Assembly: GCA_965219995.1 (NCBI GenBank)
Contig: CBDCOX010000002.1
Location: forward strand, 5,362,269 to 5,426,268
Length of the DNA: 64,000 nt
Direction of reading: 5' to 3'
Source of the DNA: Candidatus Latescibacterota bacterium
GTDB lineage: Bacteria; Latescibacterota; UBA2968; GCA-2709665
Shown here: piece after piece, positions 29,688-38,866 of the stretch
How positions within the stretch are numbered: the stretch's first letter is position 1
Layout of the letters: every line of letters begins with the position of its first letter
The notes under the pieces: generated by a model
Databases searched by the model: none
What the model saw: the letters and a program-made list of their open reading frames with translations, nothing else
What the model was told of the DNA's origin: nothing
Position numbers and translations under genes: made by a program

Positions 29688-32078
29688 ATGCGACTGAGAA
29701 CCCTGTTTGTTCTGCTGTCCGGCACGTTCCTGATCGTGCCGCCGATTCACGCCGAAGAGGCCGGAGAAGGCGCCCAGGTCATCGAGGAACTGGTCGTCAC
29801 CGCCCGGCGGCGGGAGGAGACCGTCCAGGAGGTGCCCATCCCGGTAACCGCGCTGGGCGGCGAGGCGCTCAGGGACCGGGCTGCGGACGACCTGACGGAC
29901 CTGACCCGGCTCACGCCGAACATGAACTTCAACGTCTCGGGCGTTTCCCGGAACACCGCAAGCGTCTTCCTGCGCGGCATCGGACAGGTCAACTGGGCGC
30001 CTTCCCAAGACCCGAAGATCGGGACGTACGTGGACGGCGTGTACCTCGGCCGGCCACAGGGAGGCGTCTTCGACTTCATGGACATCGACCGGGTGGAGGT
30101 GCTGCGGGGTCCGCAGGGGACGCTGTTCGGGCGCAACACCACGGCGGGACTGGTGCACATCATCAGCAACCGGCCCACGGACGAGTTCGACTACTCGGTG
30201 GGCGCCGGCATCGGCAACGACAACGCGCGCAGGGTCGAGGGGATGCTCAACCTGCCGCTCAACGACGTGCTCGCCGCCCGCTTCGCGTTCCAGAGCCGCG
30301 AGGCCGACGGTTACGTCAGGAACGTCGGCACCGGCGAGGACTGGGGCGACGAGAACTCGACGAGCGCCAGGCTGTCCTTCCGCTGGACGCCGAACGACCG
30401 CGTCCACGCCGACCTGATCATCGAGGCGTACAAGGCCGACGAGACCGCCCTGCTCGGTTCCTGCGAGTGGAGCGGGCCGCCGAACGGCGCCAATACGGCG
30501 CCCTTCACGGTCATGTGGGCGGCCTGGGTCTTCAACGTCTACGACGAGATACGCAACGCGTGCATCGGCACGTCCCCCTACCGGTCCGACGACAACGACC
30601 CGGACAACAGCAGCGACGCCGAGACCTACAGTTACACGCTGGACCTGTCCGTCGACCTCGGCTTCGCCGACCTCACCTCCATCACCTCGTTCCGGGACCT
30701 CACCAGCTACAACGGTTCCTGGGGCTGGGGGAGCGACGCCGTTGGAACGGCTTCGCTGATCGAGGTGCTCGGCACGACGGATGACGACGGCGAGCAGTGG
30801 TCGCAGGAGTTCCGCCTGTCCGGCATCGCGATGAACGACCGGCTCGACTGGGTGGTCGGCGTGTACGCGTTCGAGGAGAACAACGTCATCAACCTGGACG
30901 TGCCCCTCCTGCGCGGGGCGGTAGCGCCGGACTGTGCGGTCTGGCCCGTCTGGTGCTTCCCCAGCGGCGTTCCCGGAGTTCCTCTGGGAGCTCTCGTCCA
31001 GGGAGCTTTCCAGATAAACGGCAGCCGCAACCAGGAGATGGACGGCACCAACGCCTCGCAGGCGGTCTTCGGCGAGATCACCTGGAGGTTCGCGGACGCG
31101 TGGTCCCTGACCGCCGGCGCGCGCTACTCCCGTGACAAGCGGGAGTTCGCTCGCTCCGATTGGTTCTTTGGGGGCGGGCTGCGTCCAGGCCACACCTGCC
31201 GCCCGGGCGCCGGGCCGGTACGCAACGGCACGACCTGCATGGACGATGTCTCCTTCAGCGAAGTCACGCCCCGCGCGATCCTGAGCTGGGACATCGCCGA
31301 GAACGTGATGCTGTACGCCGGGTGGAGCAAGGGGTACTCGAGCGGCGGCTTCAACCAGGACGTGAACATCCGGCCGTACGACCCCGAGATCTCCGGAAAC
31401 TGGGAAGGCGGCATGAAGTCGACCTGGGCCGACGGCACCCGGTTGCTCAACCTCACGGCGTTCCACAACACCTACGAGAACCAGCAGATCACCGTGAGCC
31501 GCATCGTGAACGGCTTTCCGACGGCGGACCTGATCAACGCCCAGGAGGCGACCCTGTTCGGCGTCGAGGGCGAGTTCCGCGTCGAACTGCCGGCCGGGTG
31601 GTACACCCAGGGGACGTTCGGCTGGATGAACGGCGACTACGACGAGTTCACGGTCCTGGACAACCTCGGCCTGCTCGGACAGGCGCCCGTCATCGTCGAG
31701 CGCGACCTCTCCCACACGGAGACCATCCGCGGCGCCCCGTACACGTACAGCCTCGCGCTGGGCAAGACCCAGGTCCTCGCGAATGGCGGCTTGCTGGCCG
31801 GGCAGGTCGGATGGGCCTTCCGCGGACGCACCTACAACACGCTCGAGACCCGGCAAAGCTCCCGCCAGGGCAAGTACGGGCTGCTCGACGCCCGCTTCGT
31901 GTGGGCGCTCCCGAACGGCCAGACCAGCATCTCCGTCACCGGCAACAATCTGCTGGGGCGGGTGTACTACCTGGGTGCGGTCGACCTGACGGGGCCCGGC
32001 GACCTCGGCACGAATTCGAAGTACTGGGCCGAACCGCGACGCTTCCGGCTGGAGGTGACGCACCGCCTCGGGCGGTAG
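29688..32078 (+). CDS. TonB-dependent receptor
   Basis: Signal, EELVVTARRREE TonB box, RVEVLRGPQGTLFGRN, C-terminal strand EPRRFRLEVTHRL. Confidence 0.95.
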   Translation: MRLRTLFVLLSGTFLIVPPIHAEEAGEGAQVIEELVVTARRREETVQEVPIPVTALGGEALRDRAADDLTDLTRLTPNMNFNVSGVSRNTASVFLRGIGQVNWAPSQDPKIGTYVDGVYLGRPQGGVFDFMDIDRVEVLRGPQGTLFGRNTTAGLVHIISNRPTDEFDYSVGAGIGNDNARRVEGMLNLPLNDVLAARFAFQSREADGYVRNVGTGEDWGDENSTSARLSFRWTPNDRVHADLIIEAYKADETALLGSCEWSGPPNGANTAPFTVMWAAWVFNVYDEIRNACIGTSPYRSDDNDPDNSSDAETYSYTLDLSVDLGFADLTSITSFRDLTSYNGSWGWGSDAVGTASLIEVLGTTDDDGEQWSQEFRLSGIAMNDRLDWVVGVYAFEENNVINLDVPLLRGAVAPDCAVWPVWCFPSGVPGVPLGALVQGAFQINGSRNQEMDGTNASQAVFGEITWRFADAWSLTAGARYSRDKREFARSDWFFGGGLRPGHTCRPGAGPVRNGTTCMDDVSFSEVTPRAILSWDIAENVMLYAGWSKGYSSGGFNQDVNIRPYDPEISGNWEGGMKSTWADGTRLLNLTAFHNTYENQQITVSRIVNGFPTADLINAQEATLFGVEGEFRVELPAGWYTQGTFGWMNGDYDEFTVLDNLGLLGQAPVIVERDLSHTETIRGAPYTYSLALGKTQVLANGGLLAGQVGWAFRGRTYNTLETRQSSRQGKYGLLDARFVWALPNGQTSISVTGNNLLGRVYYLGAVDLTGPGDLGTNSKYWAEPRRFRLEVTHRLGR

Positions 32079-32225
32079 CGCGGCTTCAGGGCACGACGCC
32101 CGTCTCCGGGGCATCGGGGGCGGGCGGCCGGCGCATGGGTGTCCTCGCCGAACACGAGGACGTGTCCACCCCGGCGGCTGCTGATAGCATCCCCAGCCGC
32201 GCCCTAAGTCACGACGCCAGAACCC

Positions 32226-33738
32226 ATGCCCCTGCTCGACGACGACCAGATGTCCCGTTTCCTCGGCGACGGCTTCCTGGTGCTGCGGCCCCCGGAGCTC
32301 GACGCCGGGTATCACCGCACGATGTTCCACGCCGCCAGCGACCTCTACGACGAGGGGAAGCAGGTGGGCGGCGACGCCATGCACCTGCAGTACTTCGGCG
32401 ACAACCTGATCGCGCGCCTGCCGGGCATCGAGCAACTGCTCCGCTGCTCGACCGTCGACGGAGCGCTGACGAGCATCCTGGGCGAGGGCTACGTCCTGTA
32501 CCCGCATCACTACGTGCATGCCTCGTCGCACGACGACCAAGGCTTTCACCAGGACGGCAACCTGCCCTGGAACGAGCGCGGGCACTACCGCTCGCACCGC
32601 CCGAACTGGGCCATGCTGTTCTACTACCCGCAGGACGTGACCGACGAGAACGGGCCCACCGAGGTCGTGCCCGGCTCGCAGTACTGGACGCGGGACTTCG
32701 AACACGGCGACCGCTGGCACCCCGGCGACCCGGTCGACCCGTCCTTCTTCACCGACCAGGTCGGCGCCCATCCCGACCTCGACCATCGCGCATCGCGGCG
32801 TGCGCCAGCACCCGGACTTTGGCGGACGGCGGTACATGTACAAGTTCTGCTTCTGCCGTACGCGGGAACCCGAAGGGCCTTCCTGGCGCAACGACGCCAG
32901 GCTGCCGACCCGCCACGGGCCGTTCGCCGCCTACCGACCGATCATCGAGCGGAACTGGGCATGGCTGCGCGGCGAGACGCCGGAGCCGAGCGCCGACACC
33001 GCCCGCCACGCCGGCGCGGCCCGCCTCGCGGCAGCGAAAACGGAAGACGCGCGCATGGAAGCGGCGTACGTCCTCGGCAGCCGCGCGCAGTGCGACGACG
33101 AGGCCCTGGACGAACTCGCCGCGGCCCTGGTGCACGAACGGGAGTCCGTCCGCCGGGCGAGCGGCTACGGTCTCGGCATCGCCGGCGACCGCGCACTCGA
33201 CGTCCTGTGCGTGGCCGCGAACCATGCCGATGCTCCCGTCCGCCGCGTTGCCGTGTTCGCCCTGGGCGAGACCCGCTCCCGCCAGGACCGCGCGATCGAC
33301 GCGCTCGCGACGCGCCTAGCCGACCCGGACGACCTCGTGCGCTCCAACGCCGCCTGCGCGCTCGGCAACCTCGGTCGCCGCAAGGAACTTCCCGCGGGCG
33401 CCACCGGGGCACTCATCGACCGTCTCGACCCCGAGGCCGAAGCGGACAACTCCGCCATCTTCGGGATGAGCCGTTCGACCGTGCGCGAGAGCGTCGCCTG
33501 GGCGCTGCTGCAGCTCGCCACGAACGGACATCTGTCCGCGTCGCAGCGGGAGCGTTTCGCGGAACTCGCGTTCCGGGACCACGACCGCTACGTCCGCGGA
33601 CTCGCGGTCAAGGCGCTCATCCACCCGGCGGCCGGCGAGGTTCCCCGCTGGATGCGGCCGCTGCTGGCGGCCCTGGACCGCGGCCACTACCTGCCCAGCC
33701 CGGCAGCGCACGAACACGCCCATGAGGGCGGGGCATAG
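32226..33738 (+). pseudogene. PhyH-family 2OG-Fe(II) dioxygenase plus HEAT repeats, broken at ~32790
   Basis: FHQDG, YYPQDV..GPT..PGSQYW in frame 1; HRG..RYMYKF and HEAT repeats in frame 2; tandem CATCGCG at junction. Confidence 0.8.
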
Positions 33739-33747
33739 TCTGGCCCC

Positions 33748-34161
33748 TCATCCCTGCGACGGACTTGGCGCCTCGTCGGTGTCCTGGCCGAACACGAGCA
33801 CGTGCCCGGCCGGGTCCGTTGTCTCGAACTCCTTCATGCCGTAGAAGCGCACGACGATGTCCGTCGCCGGCCAGCCGCTCTCCGTCACGGAACGGTGCAG
33901 GGCCGAGACGTCGTCGACATACAGGTAGTAGAGCGTCTGCGGGTGCCGCCCGTCGATCCGCGGCGCGAGCGGGATGTACGTGGGGCTCGCGAGCATGATG
34001 CGCGCCCCGCCGCACTGCACCGACGCCCAGCCGCTACGGCCCACGTCGTCCATGCGGTCGCGGACCTCGAAACCGAGGATGTCGGTGTAGAAGGCAAGGA
34101 CTTCCTGCACGTCCTCGCAGATCAGCATGGGCACGAGGCCGGAGATTCGGGCGGCGAGCAT
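33748..34161 (-). CDS. VOC/glyoxalase family protein
   Basis: PMLICEDV..FYTDILGF, YLYVDDV, FYGMKEF..DPAGHVLVF. Confidence 0.9.
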   Translation of the reverse strand: MLAARISGLVPMLICEDVQEVLAFYTDILGFEVRDRMDDVGRSGWASVQCGGARIMLASPTYIPLAPRIDGRHPQTLYYLYVDDVSALHRSVTESGWPATDIVVRFYGMKEFETTDPAGHVLVFGQDTDEAPSPSQG

Positions 34162-34187
34162 GAGCTGGTCCTTCGTTCGTTTTTTCT

Positions 34188-34218
34188 TGAAAATTGGACG
34201 TATATCGTCCAATTTTCA
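34188..34218. promoter_or_regulatory. perfect 13-bp inverted repeat, putative operator
   Basis: TGAAAATTGGACG-TATAT-CGTCCAATTTTCA; followed by TGGTATGGT extended -10. Confidence 0.65.
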
Positions 34219-34233
34219 TGGTATGGTACAACG

Positions 34234-35385
34234 ATGTTGCCTCGCACCGGACATCAGCAGGCCCTTGAAGCGCTATTGGACGACAGCCCCGTCGTCGCAC
34301 TCATTGGTGCCCGCCAGGTCGGCAAAACCACCCTCGCCCGACAACTCGCGCGAGTGTATCCCCAACCTTCACACCCGTTCGACCTGGAATCCAGCGCGGA
34401 CCTTGCCCGCCTGGCCGACCCGTTGCTGGCACTGGCTCCGCTCGAGGGGCTCGTGGTCCTCGATGAGGTCCAGCGTCGTCCGGAGCTCTTTCCCACCCTG
34501 CGCGTACTGGCCGACCGCCGACCTCTGCCCGCCCGCTTCCTCGTGCTCGGCAGTGCATCGCCGGACCTCCTGCGCCAGAGTTCGGAGTCCCTCGCGGGAC
34601 GCGTGGCCTACTACGAGCTGCCGTGCCTCTCGCTCTGTGAGTCGGGGACCGCGGAACTCGACCAGCTCTGGCTGCGCGGCGGCTTTCCGGCATCGTTCAC
34701 GGCGCGCAACGATGCGGCCAGCTATCGATGGCGCCGGGACTTCGTGCGCACCTTCCTGGAGCGCGACATCTCCCAGCTGGGGATCGCCATCCCCGGAGCT
34801 ACCCTCGAGCGCTTCTGGACGATGCTCGCCCACTATCACGCGCAGATTTGGAACGGTTCGGAACTCGGGAGGGCCTTCGGCGTATCCCACCACGCCGTGC
34901 GACGGTATCTCGACGCCCTGCAGAGCACGTTCATGATACGCAGCCTGAAGCCCTGGAGCGCCAATCTGGGCAAGCGGCAGGTCAAGTCGCCCAAGGTCTA
35001 CGTTCGGGACTCCGGACTCATGCACCGCCTGCTCGGCATCGGCACGCGAGAGCAACTCGAACGCCACCCCAAGGTGGGCGCATCGTGGGAAGGCTTCGTC
35101 ATCGAGAACGTGATTCGCACGCTCGAAGCCGACGAGCGAGACTGCTTTTTCTGGGCGGCGCACGCCGGTGCGGAGATCGACCTGATCGTGCAGAGCGGAG
35201 GTAGACTGCGGGGCTTCGAGGTGAAGCGCACGAGTGCGCCCGCGATCACCCGATCCATGCGCGCCGCCGCCGCTAGCCTGGAACTCGACTCCCTCGACGT
35301 CCTGCACGCGGGCGCCGAGAGTTTTCCGCTCGGCGACGGGTTTCGGGCAGTTGCCGCCGCACGCATGCTGGACGATCTTCCCTGA
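34234..35385 (+). CDS. AAA_14 ATPase with DUF4143 (HTH plus PD-(D/E)xK-like C-terminus)
   Basis: GARQVGKT, LDEVQ, LGSAS, RGGFP, KSPKVYVRDSG, EIDLI..FEVK. Confidence 0.92.
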   Translation: MLPRTGHQQALEALLDDSPVVALIGARQVGKTTLARQLARVYPQPSHPFDLESSADLARLADPLLALAPLEGLVVLDEVQRRPELFPTLRVLADRRPLPARFLVLGSASPDLLRQSSESLAGRVAYYELPCLSLCESGTAELDQLWLRGGFPASFTARNDAASYRWRRDFVRTFLERDISQLGIAIPGATLERFWTMLAHYHAQIWNGSELGRAFGVSHHAVRRYLDALQSTFMIRSLKPWSANLGKRQVKSPKVYVRDSGLMHRLLGIGTREQLERHPKVGASWEGFVIENVIRTLEADERDCFFWAAHAGAEIDLIVQSGGRLRGFEVKRTSAPAITRSMRAAAASLELDSLDVLHAGAESFPLGDGFRAVAAARMLDDLP

Positions 35386-35414
35386 CACGTCGACACCACA
35401 AGGAGAACCCGAGC

Positions 35415-36401
35415 ATGGCCGAAACACCGTTGGGCGTCACCGTCGGGAGCCTCGCCGTGCTCGGCCCGCGCGCGACCCCGGAGATCGCGCGATTGGCCGA
35501 GTCGATGGGCTACGGGTCGCTCTGGACGGCCGAGGCCACCGGCACGGACGCGTTCACCCCGCTGGCGACGGTGTCCGCAGTGGCTCCCGGCATGGGCCTC
35601 GGGACGGGCATCGTCCCCATCCAGCTCCGCACGCCCGCGCTCGCCGCGATGTCCGCCGCGACGCTGCAGGCGCTGAGTCCGGATGCGGACGTCTGGCTGG
35701 GATTGGGTGTGTCGGCGCCCGCCATCCTGCGCCAGCACGGGCAGCCTCCCGCGGACCGGCCGCTCGCCATGATGCGGGAGTACGTCGCCCTCATGCGCGA
35801 GTGCCTGTCGGGGGAGTCCGTGACCTTCGAGGGCGACTTCTGGCAAGTGCGCCGGTTCCGCCTCGGCGTGCGGCAGGGAGAACGTCGGCCGAAGATCGTG
35901 ATGGCGGCGCTGAACCCGCGCATGCTCCGCCTCGCCGGCGAGATCGCCGACGGCGTGCTGTTGAACTACATTCCGGCATCCCACATCGGGCCGTCCATCG
36001 AGCACGTCCGCGCCGGCGGCGACGCGACGGTGTTCGCCTACGTGCACGCCGCCGTCGGCGATTTCGAGCGGCGCGCCGGGTCGGCCCGCCGGGACCTCTT
36101 CAACTACGCGATGGCGGACGGTTACGCGCGCATGTTCCGGGCCAGCGGCTTCGCCGACGAGGTCGACGAGGTGCGCGCGCGGCAGGCGGCGCGGGACCGG
36201 AACGGGGCGCTCGCGGCGGTGTCGGACCGGATGATCCAGGCCATCGACTTCATCGGCGACGAGGACGCGGTCACGGACTTCGTACGCACCTACGTCGACG
36301 CGGGGGTCGAATACCCCGTGCTGATGCCGTTGCCCTGGGGCGACGACCGGTTCGCCGTGACCCGGGCGACCATGGCGGCCGCCGCGCGAGCGGTCGGATA
36401 A
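35415..36401 (+). CDS. LLM-class flavin/F420-dependent oxidoreductase
   Basis: AESMGYGSLWTAE, LGTGIVPIQLRTP, LGLGVS, AALNPRMLRLAGEIADG; AGGAG SD. Confidence 0.9.
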   Translation: MAETPLGVTVGSLAVLGPRATPEIARLAESMGYGSLWTAEATGTDAFTPLATVSAVAPGMGLGTGIVPIQLRTPALAAMSAATLQALSPDADVWLGLGVSAPAILRQHGQPPADRPLAMMREYVALMRECLSGESVTFEGDFWQVRRFRLGVRQGERRPKIVMAALNPRMLRLAGEIADGVLLNYIPASHIGPSIEHVRAGGDATVFAYVHAAVGDFERRAGSARRDLFNYAMADGYARMFRASGFADEVDEVRARQAARDRNGALAAVSDRMIQAIDFIGDEDAVTDFVRTYVDAGVEYPVLMPLPWGDDRFAVTRATMAAAARAVG

Positions 36402-36481
36402 CGCCTGGCGCCTTGACCGCGCCGGCCTTCCCGTGAACACTTGGCGTCCCTTGCGGGGCGGCGCGGCAAAGCGCCGTCGGC

Positions 36482-36558
36482 GGGTGCGTAGCTCAGTTGG
36501 TTAGAGCGCTGTCTTCACATGGCAGAAGTCGCTGGTTCGAATCCAGCCGCGCCCACCA
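36482..36558 (+). tRNA. tRNA-Val (anticodon CAC)
   Basis: Acceptor GGGTGCG/CGCGCCC, D arm AGCTCAGTTGGTTAGAGC, anticodon arm CTGTC-TTCACAT-GGCAG, GGTTCGAATCC, encoded CCA. Confidence 0.96.
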
Positions 36559-36690
36559 CCTTCGCCCCGCGTTTCGCGAGCCAGCTTGTCGATTGGCTCG
36601 CTGCGATGCCGGCACCCGCCCGGACACGCCGGTGCGCCTGGAACCGCACAACCCGTAGGAGACGCCCTTGCGCGGCGTCCCGTCGGGACG

Positions 36691-37134
36691 TCATGCGCGG
36701 ACCGTCCTGGCGGCTGCGCCGAGGGCGACCAGCAGCCCCACCTTGACGAACTCCAGCACCGGATAGAGCCAGTGCAGCGAGGACGCCGGCACTTCCACCC
36801 CCCGGATGATCGTCTCCGCACGCGCGTCGAGAATCGGCAGAAGCCCGAAGTACTGACCCGCGATCAGGGCCACGACCAACCCGAAGATCGCCGCCGGCAC
36901 ACGGCCCGGGCGCAGCAGGGCGAAGAGGGCCGCCATCGCGGCCACGGCCGCGAACTCTATCCACTGCAGGGCGGTGAAGGTGACGCGGCCAACCTCGAGG
37001 GCGTGCGCCTGCGAGAGCGAGGGCGCGAGAAACTTGACCGGAGTCGCGACGAAGCTGACCCCGAGCAGGAGCCCCGCCCAGAGCCACGCGAACAGGGCGA
37101 GCGCGTTACCCCGATGCCACGGCGCGCCATCCAT
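36691..37134 (-). CDS. DUF4149-like 4-TM membrane protein
   Basis: AGGAGG SD; GVSFVATPVKF.AP..LEVGR.TF, LLPILDAR, LHWLY..E..K. Confidence 0.75.
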   Translation of the reverse strand: MDGAPWHRGNALALFAWLWAGLLLGVSFVATPVKFLAPSLSQAHALEVGRVTFTALQWIEFAAVAAMAALFALLRPGRVPAAIFGLVVALIAGQYFGLLPILDARAETIIRGVEVPASSLHWLYPVLEFVKVGLLVALGAAARTVRA

Positions 37135-37147
37135 CCCGCCTCCTGCT

Positions 37148-38710
37148 TCAGGGCCGGTAAGGCACCCGCGGCTCGCCGAGCTGCGTGCGCAACACCCGCT
37201 GCGCCTCCTCCGCGAACTCGCAGAGCACCGTGCGCGTCTCCCGCGGATCGATGATGTCCTGGCCCGTCGCCTCGGCCGTGCGGAACGGCGAAGCGACCGC
37301 GTGCAGCCGCGCCTCGATCTCGAGTCGCTTGGCTTCCGGGTCCGCCGCGCTGTCGATCTCACGCCGGTAGGCCGCCGAAGTCCCGCCCGCGATGGGCATG
37401 GAGCCCCAGGTCGCGGACGGCCAGGCGTAGCGCCGGAACATGCCGCTCGCCCGGTGATGCGTCGAGCCGGCCACGCCGAACACGCGGCCGATCGCGAGGG
37501 TGATGAGGGGCATCCGCGTCTGCGACGTCACCACGAGCAACTGGGCTCCGGCGCGCTCGATGCCCTGCTTCTCCGCCTCGAGCCCGACCATGAACCCCGG
37601 TTCGTCACAGAGGCTGACGACCGGCAGGTGGAAGACGTCGCAGAGCTGCAGCAGCCGCATGACCTTGCTGCCCCCGGCCACGTCCGTCGCGCCGCCGTGG
37701 TGACGCGGGTTGTTGGCCATCACGCCCACCGGATAGCCGTTCAGCCGGCCGAGGCCCGTGATCCGCGCGCGTCCGTAGCGGGGCGCGATCTCGAAGAACG
37801 ATCCCGTGTCCAGCACGGAGTGGATGAGCCTGTAGATATCGTAGATCTTGCGGCGGTCCCGCGGCATCAGGTCGAGCAGGGCCTCGTCGCGCCGCTCCGG
37901 GTCGTCGTCGGTCGGGCCGCGGGGCGCCATCTCCCAGACGTTCGACGGCAGGTAGCCGAGGAAGGCCCGGATCATCTCGAAGGCCTCCTCCTCGGTGTTC
38001 GCCAGGTTGTCGACGCTGCCGCTGACGCGCGTGTGGATGTGCGCGCCGCCGAGGTCGTCCTTCGAGATGTCGTAGCCGAGGGCGGCCTTCACCACCGGCG
38101 GTCCCCCCGGGAAGAGCTGGCTCGTGTCCTTCACCATCACGTTGAAGTGCGCGAGGCAGGCATGGATGGCCGGCCCGCCCGCGACGGAGCCCATCACCGC
38201 CGCCACGACGGGTACCTTCGACAGCATGTCGACATCGATCAGCCACCACGAACTGCCGTCCGGCAGGTACGTGCGGCCGATCTCCTCGAAGTGCCTTACG
38301 CTCCCGCCGGCGGCGTCGAGGAGGCGGACGAACGGCACTTTCCACTCCCGCGCGCGCTCGTTCGGCGCAAGCTCCGAGCCCATGCCGCCCCCGCCGCCGC
38401 CGGAACCGCCCCGGATGGTGAAGTCGCCGGCCGTCAGCACGATCTTCCGTCCGTCCACGCGGGCCGTGCCCTCGACGACGGCGCGCGGGACGAAGGACTT
38501 GAGTTCGTTGTCCTCGTAGGTCCCCTCGCCCGCCAGCGAGTAGAACTCGCGGAACGATCCGTCGTCCACGAAGCCGGCGATGCGCTCGCGCGCCGTCAGC
38601 TTGCCGTGCCGGTGCTGACGCTCGACGCCTTCGGGACCGCCCATCCGCTCGCGCAGACGCCGGCGCCGTTCGATCTCGGCCACTTCCGCACGCCAGCCCC
38701 GTTCTTCCAT
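37148..38710 (-). CDS. acyl-CoA carboxylase carboxyltransferase subunit
   Basis: MGG..RQH..GKLTARERI, DFTIRGGS, GGPPVV, LGGAHIH, DEPGFMVG, IIDPRETR. Confidence 0.92.
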   Translation of the reverse strand: MEERGWRAEVAEIERRRRLRERMGGPEGVERQHRHGKLTARERIAGFVDDGSFREFYSLAGEGTYEDNELKSFVPRAVVEGTARVDGRKIVLTAGDFTIRGGSGGGGGGMGSELAPNERAREWKVPFVRLLDAAGGSVRHFEEIGRTYLPDGSSWWLIDVDMLSKVPVVAAVMGSVAGGPAIHACLAHFNVMVKDTSQLFPGGPPVVKAALGYDISKDDLGGAHIHTRVSGSVDNLANTEEEAFEMIRAFLGYLPSNVWEMAPRGPTDDDPERRDEALLDLMPRDRRKIYDIYRLIHSVLDTGSFFEIAPRYGRARITGLGRLNGYPVGVMANNPRHHGGATDVAGGSKVMRLLQLCDVFHLPVVSLCDEPGFMVGLEAEKQGIERAGAQLLVVTSQTRMPLITLAIGRVFGVAGSTHHRASGMFRRYAWPSATWGSMPIAGGTSAAYRREIDSAADPEAKRLEIEARLHAVASPFRTAEATGQDIIDPRETRTVLCEFAEEAQRVLRTQLGEPRVPYRP

Positions 38711-38866
38711 CTCGTCGCGCCCCTTCGTCCCCAACTCCAGCCGGCAATGGTCACTTAGGCGCACCCGCCGCTGCAAGGAGACGCCGGCAAGAGCGGCTAC
38801 AATGCGCGCCGCGAAAACCCCGCTCTCCGGCCCAACCCGAACCAAGCAGTACCAGGGAGGTCAACC

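Noticed and set aside
36482-36690. tRNA-Val as an integration site
   Set aside because: No integrase or duplicated tRNA 3' end seen in the window
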